DNA of 64,000 nt from Eledone cirrhosa (lineage: Eukaryota). Below are positions 52,406 through 64,000 of this stretch, piece after piece. Below the pieces are notes generated by a model, which did not search any database, was not told the origin of the DNA, and worked only from the letters and a program-made list of their open reading frames with translations. The first letter of the stretch is position 1; every line of letters begins with the position of its first letter. The stretch is from NCBI GenBank assembly GCA_964016885.1, contig OZ024741.1, positions 174,964,001-175,028,000 on the forward strand, read 5' to 3'. Both the position numbers and the translations under genes were made by a program.

Positions 52406-52977
52406 CCATATATATATAATTGAGTTCTTAACACGAAGGATTGATAATGTTTTTGAAAAAACTAATTAACCCACGTGTATATTATTTTTCTTTTCTCGTG
52501 ACTCGTGATTGTCTCCCTTTCCCGCTTCATGACGCTATGATACTTCCTCAGTCAAAGGACTGCTGGAATTTCAAATTTGGCGGTCATTCGATGCGTGAAG
52601 GAACAAATTAGCAGACACGAAAATTAACTGCGGTAAGAAATTTTTCTTATATCAAAGTTTAATGGGCTTCCACTGACGATTTATAAGCGCTCACCTAATT
52701 GTATTCTTACATGAAAATATATTAGGCTTCTACATAAACTGGAAATATTCTCCCAACTTGTAGAATACTTATAATGAAACAATTGTTTGGAAAGAGAGAT
52801 ATATTTTAATTTTAATTATATCTCATATAAAATAATACAACTGGCTTTCCACAAAATACATATAGTTGGCACCCCAGACACTAAATTGGGTTTATACTAA
52901 CGTATAACCTAATGTTTGTTGAGTGAGATGGTTACCAGTCGGAGTTTAGCGTAAAGCTTTCTCTGTTATTGTATTAG

Positions 52978-53018
<41 letters not shown>

Positions 53019-53020
<2 letters not shown>

Positions 53021-53229
53021 GAAGAAAGTGTGGTAAGGAACCAGGTGGACCATAACGCACCAGAGTACTCGATACTTTGGGTAGTAGAGTGGGTAATAGG
53101 AAAAGGTTCAGGACCCCGACGGCAGAGCTCAAGCCGTTCTGACGGCTATTTCTGGACTATTTCTGAATTTAGTCCAGAAATAGTCGAAACGGCTTGAGCT
53201 CTGCCGTCGGGGTCCTGAACCTTTTCCTA
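53019..53229 (-). mobile_element. Family A fold-back element
   Basis: Inverted arms around 53150; TA tracts on both sides. Confidence 0.75.
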
Positions 53230-53525
53230 TATATATATATAATTGTTTCTACTTCATAAAGGGCCGTAATTCTTTGCTGCAAAGCATGGCGTCTGACTCT
53301 CTACCGATACTGCCAATAATAAGGAGTTGACGGACCCACCATATTTATCAATGCCAGGACCGGTTGTATCTCAACGTACTCAATAGGTAATGTAGAATGT
53401 ATAGTTATTCGCTTCAATACAACACACGCAAACGGATGCCTATAGTAGTTCCCGGACTCGAGTATATATACATATATAAGGACTCTGCCCCCATCACCCT
53501 CTCAGGAATAAGTGGGCGAAGAAGA

Positions 53526-53597
<72 letters not shown>

Positions 53598-53600
<3 letters not shown>

Positions 53601-53773
53601 AACGAGTAGGACCCCGACGGCTGAGCTCAAGCCGTCTCGACAGAATTAGCCGTCGAAACGGCTTGAGCTCAGCCGTCGGGGTCCTACTCGTTCCTATTAC
53701 CCACTCTACAAACCAAAGTATTGAGTACTTTGGTGCGTTATGGTCCACCTGGTTCCTTACCACATTTCCTTCG

Positions 53774-53775
<2 letters not shown>
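53598..53775 (+). mobile_element. Family A fold-back element
   Basis: aggaacgagtaggaccccgacggc...gccgtcggggtcctactcgttcct hairpin followed by the family tail. Confidence 0.75.
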
Positions 53776-53824
<49 letters not shown>

Positions 53825-53828
<4 letters not shown>

Positions 53829-54077
53829 AGACGAGTGGTTACTCCTTCATTACGTTTACTGGTTGGTGACGTGCGTTTCGCTACTGATCAGATCGAACTT
53901 TGAGCTGGTCAATAGCGAAACGCGCGTCACCAACCAATAAACGTAATGAAGGAGTAACCACTCGACCTTGTATTATTATATTACACTCTGTCTAGCTCTA
54001 CACCTCGATACTGACGTGAGCCTAAACATCAAGTGCTCATCCGGGCGAACCTAGAGTAACTCCGCGTTACACTCCCT

Positions 54078-54080
<3 letters not shown>
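53825..54080 (+). mobile_element. Fold-back element homologous to 49341-49540
   Basis: Arms 53825-53883 / 53913-53972; hammerhead 3' half GAAACGCGCGTC. Confidence 0.75.
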
Positions 54081-54123
<43 letters not shown>

Positions 54124-54132
54124 ATTATTATT

Positions 54133-55042
54133 CGAGGTTAACTTTGCCTTTCATCCCTACGGAGTCGATAAAATAAAGTACCAGTAATACACTGAGATAA
54201 TTGCTGGCCTTGTGCCAAAAGTAGAAACAATTATTATTATTAAGGCTAAGATGGTCGGACGCCATGCTTTCTAGCATAGTTACGTCCCTTTACAGTCTGA
54301 GTTCAAATCCCGCCGAGGTTAACTTTGCCTTTCATCCTTACGGGGTCGATAAAATAAAGTACCAGTAATGTACTGGGAAATTGCTGGCCTTGTGCCAAAA
54401 GTAGAAACAATTATTAAGGCTAAGTTATTATTATTAAGTCTTGTTATTCTGGAATTTCGCCTGTTTATGGAAACTCCAGAGTAACAAGACACATTTTCTA
54501 CACACCTACGCGTTACTCTGTGGGCAATTCCGTGACTATGAGGGTAAGTTACTTTTCAATCCCGAAATTCGGACCACCAGCTAACGATAGCAACCATTGA
54601 ACAAGTATGCACTTCATTTATCAACAACCACACCACACCTTAGTAATTGTTTCTATTTTTGGCACAAGGCCACCAATTATCCCAGTGTATTACTGGTACT
54701 TTATTTTATCGACCTGTAAGGATGAAAGGCAAAGTTAACCTCGGCAGGATTTGACTTCAGACCGTAAAGGGGCGTAACTCTATGATGCAAAGTATGGCAT
54801 CCGACCCTCTACCGATACTGCCAATCCAATACAGTCTAACCACCACATCTTAATAATTGTTTCTACGTTTAGCACAAGGCCAGCAATTACCCAGTGCATT
54901 ACTGGTACTTTATTTTATCGACCCCGTAAGGATGAAAGGCAAAGTTAACCTCGGCGGGATTTGAACTCAGAATGGCAAGGGCCGTAACTCTATGCGTCAA
55001 AGCATGGCGTCCGACCCTCTACCGATACTGCCAATCCACCGC
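54133..55042. mobile_element. Cluster of four OK-like SINE copies (54133-54240 +, 54254-54414 +, 54645-54826 -, 54853-55042 -)
   Basis: Direct alignment by eye to 254-443. Confidence 0.88.
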
Positions 55043-57552
55043 CCTACAGTCTAATAATACTATGCAAGTTACACATTGCACACATCTACCTCCCCCACCC
55101 CATGAACGAAAACAACAGCAACGAATTTCAAAAACAGGCACGGGCAACCTTTTTCGAGCAGTGGGCCGCATGAGATGTAGCTCATCATATGGCAGGAAGC
55201 ACTGCGAACCCCCCCCCCCCCCCCCCGCCCTAAAAAAAAAAAATCAAGGTAATTTTTCGCTAAGCATGCCATTGAGAAAGGCAAACGGGCTGCAGTTTGC
55301 ACACGACTAGTTTAAACATTCTTTGTCCTTCTCAGCAACATATATTTGATTTTGAATGGAACTCTCCAATCAGTAAATCTCTCCACAGTTCATGTGATTA
55401 GCTGACCAAATCTTCCCATCCCCATAAATATTTCCCTTCTAATTATTACTCTGGTGTATTTATTAACGTTAACCGTTTGACATTCAAAACTAATATTAAT
55501 ATTGACATGCCAAATTTTGCTCTCATAAATGTTGCCATTTTAAAAATGTCTGCATTGCTGATAAATTAAAATATGCGCTGGTTGTCTTTACATTTACAAT
55601 GTTCCGACTCTTTACATTCTGAGTTCTAATCGCTGAGATCAACTTTGCCTTTCATCCTTCCGAGGCCGATAAAATAAAGTACTGGGTTTGATTTATCAAA
55701 GTACTAGGTTTGATTTGCCCTTTTGCCCTTCCCTCAAATTCGCTAGCCTTGTGTCGAACTTAGAAATCAATATAGGAGTAGTAGCAAAAAAAAAAAAATA
55801 TCAGACCAAAAAGGGAGTCAGTCGATAGACTAGAACAGCCTTGTAGGAAAGACATCACCGTCGCCAACAGCAAGATTGTTGCATATCATTGGCTGTTTTC
55901 TCTCTTCATGTAAGAAATTTGTACAATCCTTATTAAATACGTTATTGTATACAACAGAATTTTCAGGTGCGTGTCATCTGCAGCCCTGTCAACCTCTAAA
56001 AACCAAAACGGGGAACACCATGAGAGAAAGCACCCCAAAACGGGAAGAAAAAAAAAAGGCAAAATGGGAGGATTTTGCATAATGAAAGCTATACCAATTT
56101 TGACAAGAGAAGACATCTCTCACCCACCCCAAAGTGAGTGGGAGATCTCCCCGTCGGACAGGGAGAGTTGACAGGTCTGCATCTGTGACATAGTTGAGGT
56201 CAATCTTATATAGAATATATAAAATACTTGATTAGTACTTTATTTTATCAACTCCAGGAGGAGGAAATGCAGAATTTGAACTCAGTGACAGAACACTGCA
56301 GGATCTGTCCTGAGTTCAAATCCTTCTGGAGTCGATAAAATAAAGTACCAGTCAAGTAATGGGGTTGATTTAATCAACTATGTCCTTCTCCCCCAAATTT
56401 GCTGTCCTTGTGCCTAAATAAAGAATCAACCTTAGACAGAAGATAGTTTAGTGTTATCTCACTGTATGTGTATGAGTATCTAGTCGAGCTTAGTATATTA
56501 GTTAATCCCTTCATTACAATATTTCTAAAGAAAAACACTGCTATGATTTCCATATCATTTTGAAAATAATCAAGAATTCGAAGGGATTTAGTAATTATAA
56601 CTAACTTTCTCGTGAAACTGGTGTTTAGAACATAATTTAACAAAGGTTCTTACATGAAATTATGATAGAAGATTTTTAGATAAATCCAAACACTTTAGGC
56701 GGCGAGTTAGCAGAGTCGTTACAATGTTGGATAGAATGCTTTGCACTGAATTCAAATCCCGCCGAGGTCAACTTTATCTTTCAGTACTAAGCTCGATTCT
56801 TTCTCTATAGCTCTTTCTCACTTCATCTCTATTAGACACACTCTCTATTTTTCTGGAAGGAATCGACTACGTTCAGACCATGAGAGGGTGTGGGCTCTGC
56901 CAGGTTTAAAAAGGTCCAAGATATGCCACATGTCACAACGGTGCCTCTACGACTCCATTAAGAATTACGGGTGGTTATCACAATCCTTGAATAACGACAT
57001 TAATATTCTGGAATAATATGATAAATTAGTAATGGTATAAGCTTTTCGCGAATCTCTTAAATTTTGTTCCGGAAAGGGTTTAAGTGCGTTGTGGCCTTTA
57101 GATACTTTATTTCAGGTTGCTCCAGTTCACTCATCTGGAAACAGATGAAAAATGAGTTGCGACGTCACTAGTGCCAAGTTTCATTGGCTTTTACCTTTCC
57201 TCTTGATGACATATGTAATGTATATATAGTAAATCTAGTGTCTATATGCGTTACGACATCACTGGTGCCAAGCTGTACCGGCCTTTGACTTTCTCTTGGA
57301 AAACATCAGTGGCGTGGAGAGAGGAGATTAGCATGCATGGGTGACAGCTGTTGTTCCACAAACACAACACCCGGACTCGTACACCGAAGAAAAACTTTCT
57401 AGGTGCAAACCTATGGTCAGCTACTGTCCCCCAGATACGAAATATTTCATTTGCTTATCCGGACATTTTTTTACCACATGCTACTTTATTCATGGTTAAT
57501 CAATCCGGTTAATTTTTTTTACTATTACACTTGTCTCCAAGATCAGTGTAAT

Positions 57553-57712
57553 AATTGTTTCCACTTTAGGCACAAGGCCAGCAATTTGAAGGGGAGGGGA
57601 AAGTCGATTAAATCGACCTCAGTATATTACTGGTGCTTTATTTATCGACCCCATAAGGATGAAAGGCAAAGCTAACCTCGGCGGGATTTGAACTCAGAAC
57701 ATAAAGGGCCGT
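57553..57712 (-). mobile_element. OK-like SINE, longer subfamily
   Basis: Contains the extra gtcgatttaatcgact-ccc segment absent from the young subfamily. Confidence 0.8.
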
Positions 57713-58091
57713 AAATTATACATTTTATGTGGTTCCCCCAACAGAGAACTCCTAAACACCTATCTCTGAAATGGGTGTACTAGTGAATATTTACTATCCA
57801 TTCCATGTTGAGATTATTCTTTTCCTACAGTTTTCATTCATAGTTATAGATAGATAGATAAATTTCTATTTTTTGCCACGAGGGCACAAAAGAAGGGGAC
57901 ATTTACACAGTGGGGGAGTTTACATAAATCGAGTAAAGAAAAAAGGAATAACAATAATAATATAACAATAAAAAGTCCTCAAAAGGGAGGGGGCGTGTTG
58001 GGGATTGCACATACCCCCGAAAAGTGTGCAACTCTTTTCGCGGGGGAAGCCCAGAGAGGAGGCGCTCCCCCTTTCCTCTTCACTTCTTCAC

Positions 58092-61000
58092 CTACAGAAC
58101 AATGTAGAGAGAAGGCCCATTTACACGGGCCATTCTCGCTTCTTTCACCCACCTTTCATAAAACTGTCTGGGACCAAGCACTTCTCTCTCCATCCTGATT
58201 CTTCTTCCGAAGTGGTATCGGAAGAAGTAAACCAGGTGATGGCCGGAGAGAAAGTCACCCGACCTCAGACCTTTCAGGCGCGTCCACCACACAACCTCTT
58301 TCATCATGGCTATTACGCACAGAAAGACCGCCTCTGCTTCATTTCTGAAGGGAGGAGGCGGCTTGATGTTCACCACAGACTCGGCGGTTAATCGAATCGG
58401 CGCCACACGCGACAGCAGTCGTTCGACGTAGCCCCACAGATCGGCAACGCCCGGGAAGTGTACCAGTGCATGCGCAACGGTTTCCTCGTCGCGCACGCAT
58501 CTGGGACAGATCTTTTTCGCGGGATCCCTGCCCGGGCGCCCGTGTCTGTAGAGCTTTTCTCGAACGGGCAGAGCCCCCCGGTAACACTGCCAGGCTAGGG
58601 ACCTCTGGAAGTTGTCCATGGGTCCCGGGCCGAAAGTTCTACCGAACAGGCTGGCCAGTTCGTCCTCCTCCATGCCTAGCGACTCTCCAAGGGTGTCGTC
58701 GCCCCTGCTAGCCACCAACCCTCTATAGAATGTCGAGGTGGATTCTCCACTGACAGTCGGGTCCGCTTGCCAGATAGCCGTGAGCGCCTGGGCACACTCG
58801 GTGTGCCAGTTGCCCAGTTTTCTCGGTCTTTGCTTCATACTGGATTGCAGTTCGGTGAGCGAGACGAGCTGTGGGAAGGCTCGCCTCACAAACGGGGCCC
58901 ACACCGGCTGACCGTTGAGGAATACCTGTAGATGCCGTAGCCTCAATGCGTGCCTACGCATCAACAGCCACGGCATACCCAGCCCTCCTTTCGAAGGGTG
59001 CTGGCAGCAGATGGATCTCCTCACCATGGGAGGCCGCTTCTTCCAGAGGAACTGGAAGAGCATGCGTTCCATGATGGTGAGCTTTTCCTTGGGGCAAGGC
59101 ACGACGGTCAGGCGGTAGTAAATGACGGTAGTAAATGACGGTAGTAAGCGTTCGTCACCTCCGCCCGACCTTTCAGTGATAGTTTGCACTTGGCCCACTT
59201 CTGGGTCAGCGCAAACACCCTGCTCGTCACCTCGCCCCAATTCTTCTCCACCTGGAGGTCCGGTCCGAACCAGACCCCGAGCAGCTTCACCGGGCCCTCC
59301 GTCCACCGCCCGACGACACCGTCTAACGGCATCGGTTTGCCCCTCCACGTTCCGAGTTGCAAACCGACTGACTTGTCCTGGTTCAGCTTAGCCCCCGTCA
59401 GCCTTTCGTATTCCTCCAGTAGGGTGGCGATCGCCCCGATTTCCGAGGCGTCCGCCACCATTACTGTTACGTCGTCGGCATAGGCCGAGACCGCTTTGTG
59501 CAATCCCGGTTCCAGGGGTATGCACCGCAGCAACTCCAACTTCCGCAGCAGTGGCTCGAGAGTCAATACGTACAGAAGGGAGGAGAGGGGGCACCCCTGT
59601 CTGATGGATCGGGTGATTTGAAACGGCTCCGAGAGGTAGCCGTTTACTTTAATCCTAGAGTAGATGTTGCCACTGTGCATGGCAGAAATCCAGCCCCTGA
59701 AAACGTGTCCGAAGCCCGCCGCCGCTAGCACCGCATCCAGGTAACCATGGTCGACCCTATCGAACGCCTTAGATTGATCCAAGTTGATCAGGGCCCCACC
59801 AAAGCCGGGTTCGTTGCCAACCCTCTCTATGATGTATCGCATGAGGTGGAGGTTGTCGTGAATGGACCTGGACGGGATAGCGCATGTCTGCGCGTCTCCC
59901 ACCAAACCACCCACCACAAGCGCCAACCTCTTCGCCAACACCTTGGCCAAAATCTGTAACTCTGCATTCAGCAGAGTTATGGGCCTAAAGTTACTTAAGT
60001 CGTCCCCCTTGCTCTCGTCCTTCCTCACTAGCGTGACCACGCCCTTGGTCACAGAACAGGGAATTCTCCCGTTCTGTTGCCAGTTGCAATAGACAGCCTC
60101 GAGGAGTTCGGAGAACAAGACCGGCATAGCTAAATAAAGTTCGTATGGTAAACCATCGAGACCCGGGGATTTGCGTCTGCTGCATTGGCTGAGCGCTTCC
60201 CCGATTTCAGTGGCTGTGATTGGCCTTTCGCAGCACTCCGCTTCGCCGCTCGAAAGACGCGGTAGACCGTCGAGGTATGGACCGAAGTCCACATCCCCGT
60301 CCGGCCCCCCGCCACCTCCGAACAGTCGAGCAAAGTGCCTTTGAAAGGTCTCGCACATTCGCTCAGGTTCAAGGATCACCCGTCCATCCTGGTCTCGCAA
60401 AGACCGAATGGTGGATTTAATCCCACTCTTGGCTTCTGTCACGCGGGCCCAGCTAACAGCTTTGGTCCCCTCGTTTCCTAAAGCACGTATTTTACTTCGG
60501 ACAACGCAGCCTTCGTGCTTCGCGTCAAAGAACTGGCACAATGCCGTTCTCGTCGCTAACACTCTGGCTACGTCTCCGCTCCTAATCGCCTCTTCTAGTT
60601 TATCTGTTAACTCCCTTTCCCTCCTATTTCTATTCGCCGCTAGTTCCTTACTGTAACCTATCGAACTTACTCTAATCTCTCTCTTTAGAGATACCCACCA
60701 CCTACTGTTGACGATCGCTCCCGTCAACCGCATCTTAACTAAGCTACTAATCCGGTTTCTGTAATCTTTCTTTGTCGGTAAGGACAAGTTCATCTTCCAG
60801 TAACCGGGACCCTGTCTATGCGTTCTATCAAGGCTGACCACGCAGGTCACTAATTTGTGATCTGAATAGCCAACCATGATCAGTTCTGGACAACTAAATA
60901 CGTCCCTATCCTTACTCCTAACCAAAAACCTATCTAGGTACGATCTAGATTGTCCACTGCGGTTTGCCCAGGTCCAGGTTGGCGCAGTTGGACAATCTAG

Positions 61001-61533
61001 TCGAAATCTATCGACCAGGTCGAATCGATCGAGTAACCCCTTGAGGCTGCTACACCCCTCTCTATCGGGACATGCCCCTGCATAGTCCCAACGCGCATCT
61101 AGGATTCCATTCCAGTCCCCCACTAAAAGCAGGGAACGCGACGTTCCTAGAAAAGTCTCCAGACGCTGGAAGAAGTCGGCTCTTTCCGCCCCGAAGGGAG
61201 CATAAAGACCGACCAGTCTGAAAGCCCCGCCTTCACCGCCTCCGACGTCCAGCACCAGTAATCGACCCCCCGGGTCCGAGTGAACAATCTGTACGTCGAG
61301 AGTCAGACGTTTATCCAGCAGTACGGCAACTCCCCCCCCCCCCCGCCTCCAGGTTGACAGAGAGATGCGTGCATCTCAAAGTCATCGAAGGCGGGCGCCA
61401 GCTGTCTCACGCTGCTGATCCGACTCTCGTAAACAACCATCACATCTATACTTTGTGACCTGAGGTCACTTAGAAGCTTTGCTTGCTTCCAAGCTGAGCC
61501 CAGGCCACGCGCGTTCAAACAGCCAACTCTCAA
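58092..61533 (-). CDS. Tx1-like ORF2 (APE endonuclease + reverse transcriptase), two frameshifts
   Basis: CLNARGL, LYAP, GDWN, SYLDRF, YSDH, KSPGLDGLP, RPITLLN, LDQSKAFDRV, RQGCPLS, AYADD, CPRC...ETVAHAL; breaks at poly-C 61333-61344 and at a 13-bp tandem duplication near 59113-59146. Confidence 0.88.
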
Positions 61534-61538
61534 TTGAT

Positions 61539-63393
61539 CTATTTTGGTGTTGAAAGTGAAGAAAGAAAAGCACTTACCTCTCCGGGTTGCGTAATTTCCA
61601 TGGCATCAGGTGTGTTGGGTGGAGGGATGTTTTGTGGTGGTGTGGGGGTACACGTGTGTGGTGGGGTTGGGGTATTTGGAGTTGTGTCAGGGAGAGGGGC
61701 GGTTATGGGGAAATCTTTCAAGAGGACGCGATTCAACGGTTTTAAACAGGGGGGGTTCACGTCCCGTTTAAATTGTTCTTTTAAGGAACGATAAAGGTCC
61801 AGAGGGACCTTTATCATTTTTAAATGGGTGAAGTTCTCTGTTGAGATAAAGTTTGGCCCTTCGGTCTGCACCATAGGGTTATTGTTTATTAATTTAACCA
61901 GTTTTTTGTTTTCTTTATTTATATATGTGTATTGCAACGTCTTTTTTTGTGATGCTGTCAATGTTTCGGAGAGGGGAGGCGCAGATTTATTTCTGTTTGT
62001 TGAGGGTGGGGTGTTTTTGATTGGAGTTGGTGTTTGTGTGTGGGTTATTTGTGGTGTGCTGGGTGTGTGTTTTCTTTTTTTTCTTTTAACTTGTCTGAAG
62101 GCTTCTCCTCCTTCTTCTTCAGAAGTTGGGGGAAACTCTTCAGCGCTAGGTGGGAGGGACGTGTTGTGTGGTTGTTTTTTTTTGCGGGAGGGGTAGATTT
62201 GTTACTGTTTTTTTAATTATTTGTTTGGAATGGGTTTTGTGGTGGTGGTGGTAATGTTTGTGTCGTGCTTGTGGTTGGTGATGGTGGTGTTTGTGTTGTG
62301 GTTGGTGGTGGTGATTTTTGTGTCGTGCTTGTGTCTGGTGCTGGTGGTGGTGATGTTTGTGTTGTGTTTGTGGTTGGTGGTGTCTGTATTTTGTTTGCTG
62401 TGTGTGGTATTAGTGTATTTTTGGAGGTGGGTGGTGTTGGTGTACTGTTTGTGGTGGGTGTGGGCAATAGTCCTTTTTGGGGGATACGTTTCGGGCAGTT
62501 AGCCTTAACGTGTCCCCTTTCCATGCATAAATAGCATGCTGGTCTTCTCCCCTCTACAATTATGTCTATTGGGGTAAGGTCATCCAGCCAGATGCGATCC
62601 GGGATTTGTGCTATTCTTTCGGGCCTCATTTGGACTAGTATGTCGAGGCCCATTCCCAGGAACGCATCTCCAGTTGCCTTCCCCATTGACAGCATTGTGT
62701 CTTCGCCCATATCAATGAAGCCAGCAATAGCCCACCAGAAGTCCATTGTGGGCAGCATTGTTTTTACTTTTACTCTCTGTGTTCTTCTACCCATTTAGGA
62801 GGGATAGAAGCTATATGTTGTCGATGAGAGTGGGCTTAAGGAAAGCTTCTCCGCCGTTTCCTTGTCTCTTGTTAGGACCGAAATGCTGCCATAGAGTCGG
62901 TCCTTTCGTATGAAGAGAATATTCTTCATATAGTCTTTTAGGACTAACTCTATTTCCATTTGGCTGGGCTGTGTTGGCGTTCTTGTCTGGTTCAGTATAG
63001 TTCTGTAGAGAACTGTGTTTTCTGCTCTGGCTTTCTTGAATTCTGGGGGGGCGAGTTAATGGAAAACATTCCGTTCTCCCCCAAAACAATGTGTTTCTTT
63101 GCTTCGGCCAGTTTTTCTCTGGCGGCAGTTAGGTCAATTGGTGTGTATGTAATGGATTGTTTTGTTTTCTGGGCGAAAGTTGCCCTGTTGTTATTTGTAT
63201 TATTTTCTGTTTGTTTGTTTTCTGTTTGCTCATTTTCCTTAACATTTGTTTTTTCATTTTCTTTGTTTGTTTCATTGTCTAATTTTGTTGTAATTATTTT
63301 TTGTTCTTCAGACTTGGGGGGCGTGGCAGAGCTAATGGCAGACATGTCTGCCATCTTTTCCGCCATGCTGCCAAGAAAGAAATTTTTCGGCAA
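61539..63393 (-). CDS. Tx1-like ORF1 (gag-like nucleic-acid-binding protein), frameshifted
   Basis: VEGRRPACYLCMERGHVKANCP zinc knuckle followed by a Pro/Thr-rich region; split over several ORFs. Confidence 0.78.
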
Positions 63394-63570
63394 AAATAGA
63401 TATTTATTTTACCCCCTAAAAAGGGGGTAAATGCAAAAATGTTTCCCTAAAAAACAGGGGTTAGTGTTCCAAATGTGTTGCACTGAAAAATTTATCCGTT
63501 ACTTACAATAGTAAGGGTAAATCCCGATGGAATAGCGGAGCCGATGTGAAGCGTGTCTTACTCTATCAAG

Positions 63571-64000
63571 ATAGATAGATAGATAGATAGATAAATTTCT
63601 ATTTATTTGCCACGAGGGCACAAAAGAAGGGGACAAATACACAGTGGGGGAGTTTACATAAATCGAGTAAAGAAAAAGGAATAACAATAATAATATAATA
63701 ATAAAAAGTCCTCAAAAGGGAGGGGGCGTGTTCGGGATTGCACATACCCCCGAAAAGTGTGCAACCCTTTTCGCGGGGGAAGCCCAGAGAGGAGGCGCTC
63801 CCCCTTTCCTCTTCACTTCTTCACCTACAGAACAATGTAGAGAGAAGGCCCATTTACACGAACCATTCTCGCTTCTTTCACCCACCTTTCATAAAACTGT
63901 CTGGGGCCAAGCACTTCTCTCTCCATCCTGATCCTTCTTCCGAAGTGGTATCGGAAGAAGTAAACCAGGTGATGGCCGGAGAGAAAGTCACCCGACCTCA
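63571..64000 (-). mobile_element. 3' end of a second, tandem Tx1-like copy (runs off the window)
   Basis: Nearly identical to 57850-58270, with its own (TATC)n tail. Confidence 0.93.

Larger units (their letters stand above)
57844..63570 (-). mobile_element. Apparently full-length Tx1/L1-clade non-LTR retrotransposon (~5.7 kb) with (TATC)n tail
   Basis: 5' UTR, ORF1 with CCHC knuckle, ORF2 APE-RT-C-terminal Cys motif, 3' UTR and microsatellite tail. Confidence 0.92.

Noticed and set aside
53129-53180. CTGACGG...GAAAC as an intact plus-strand hammerhead
   Set aside because: CTGACGGCTA is simply the reverse complement of the family sequence TAGCCGTC in the inverted arm, and stem I does not form.

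Overview
Eukaryotic, AT-rich animal genomic DNA, very probably an octopod cephalopod (inferred from the abundant OK-like tRNA-derived SINE). I found two spliced housekeeping genes arranged head-to-head with start codons 268 bp apart. One is phosphoglycerate mutase (minus strand; 3 exons seen, the rest lies off the left edge). The other is a complete 13-exon ACTR10/Arp11 (plus strand, 387 aa) with a U12-type minor intron. The rest is transposon-derived: SINEs, RTE, Tx1, CRE and I-like LINE pieces, mariner/Tc1, MITEs and microsatellites. The most striking unexplained structure is a dense set of short, non-coding elements sitting in (TA)n tracts, mostly at 37.5-54.5 kb. They carry type-I hammerhead ribozyme motifs, several with long stem II/III and recurrent non-canonical cores (CCGAAGA, CCGUCGA). 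They also show fold-back ends, more-than-unit-length repeats of about 510-540 nt, and a shared ACTC...GAGTRCT motif near the 3' end. Remnants of a Penelope-like (Naiad-type) RT and GIY-YIG endonuclease lie among them. This suggests a Penelope-driven, retrozyme-like self-cleaving RNA system. All structures were read and folded by eye, and no searches were run.
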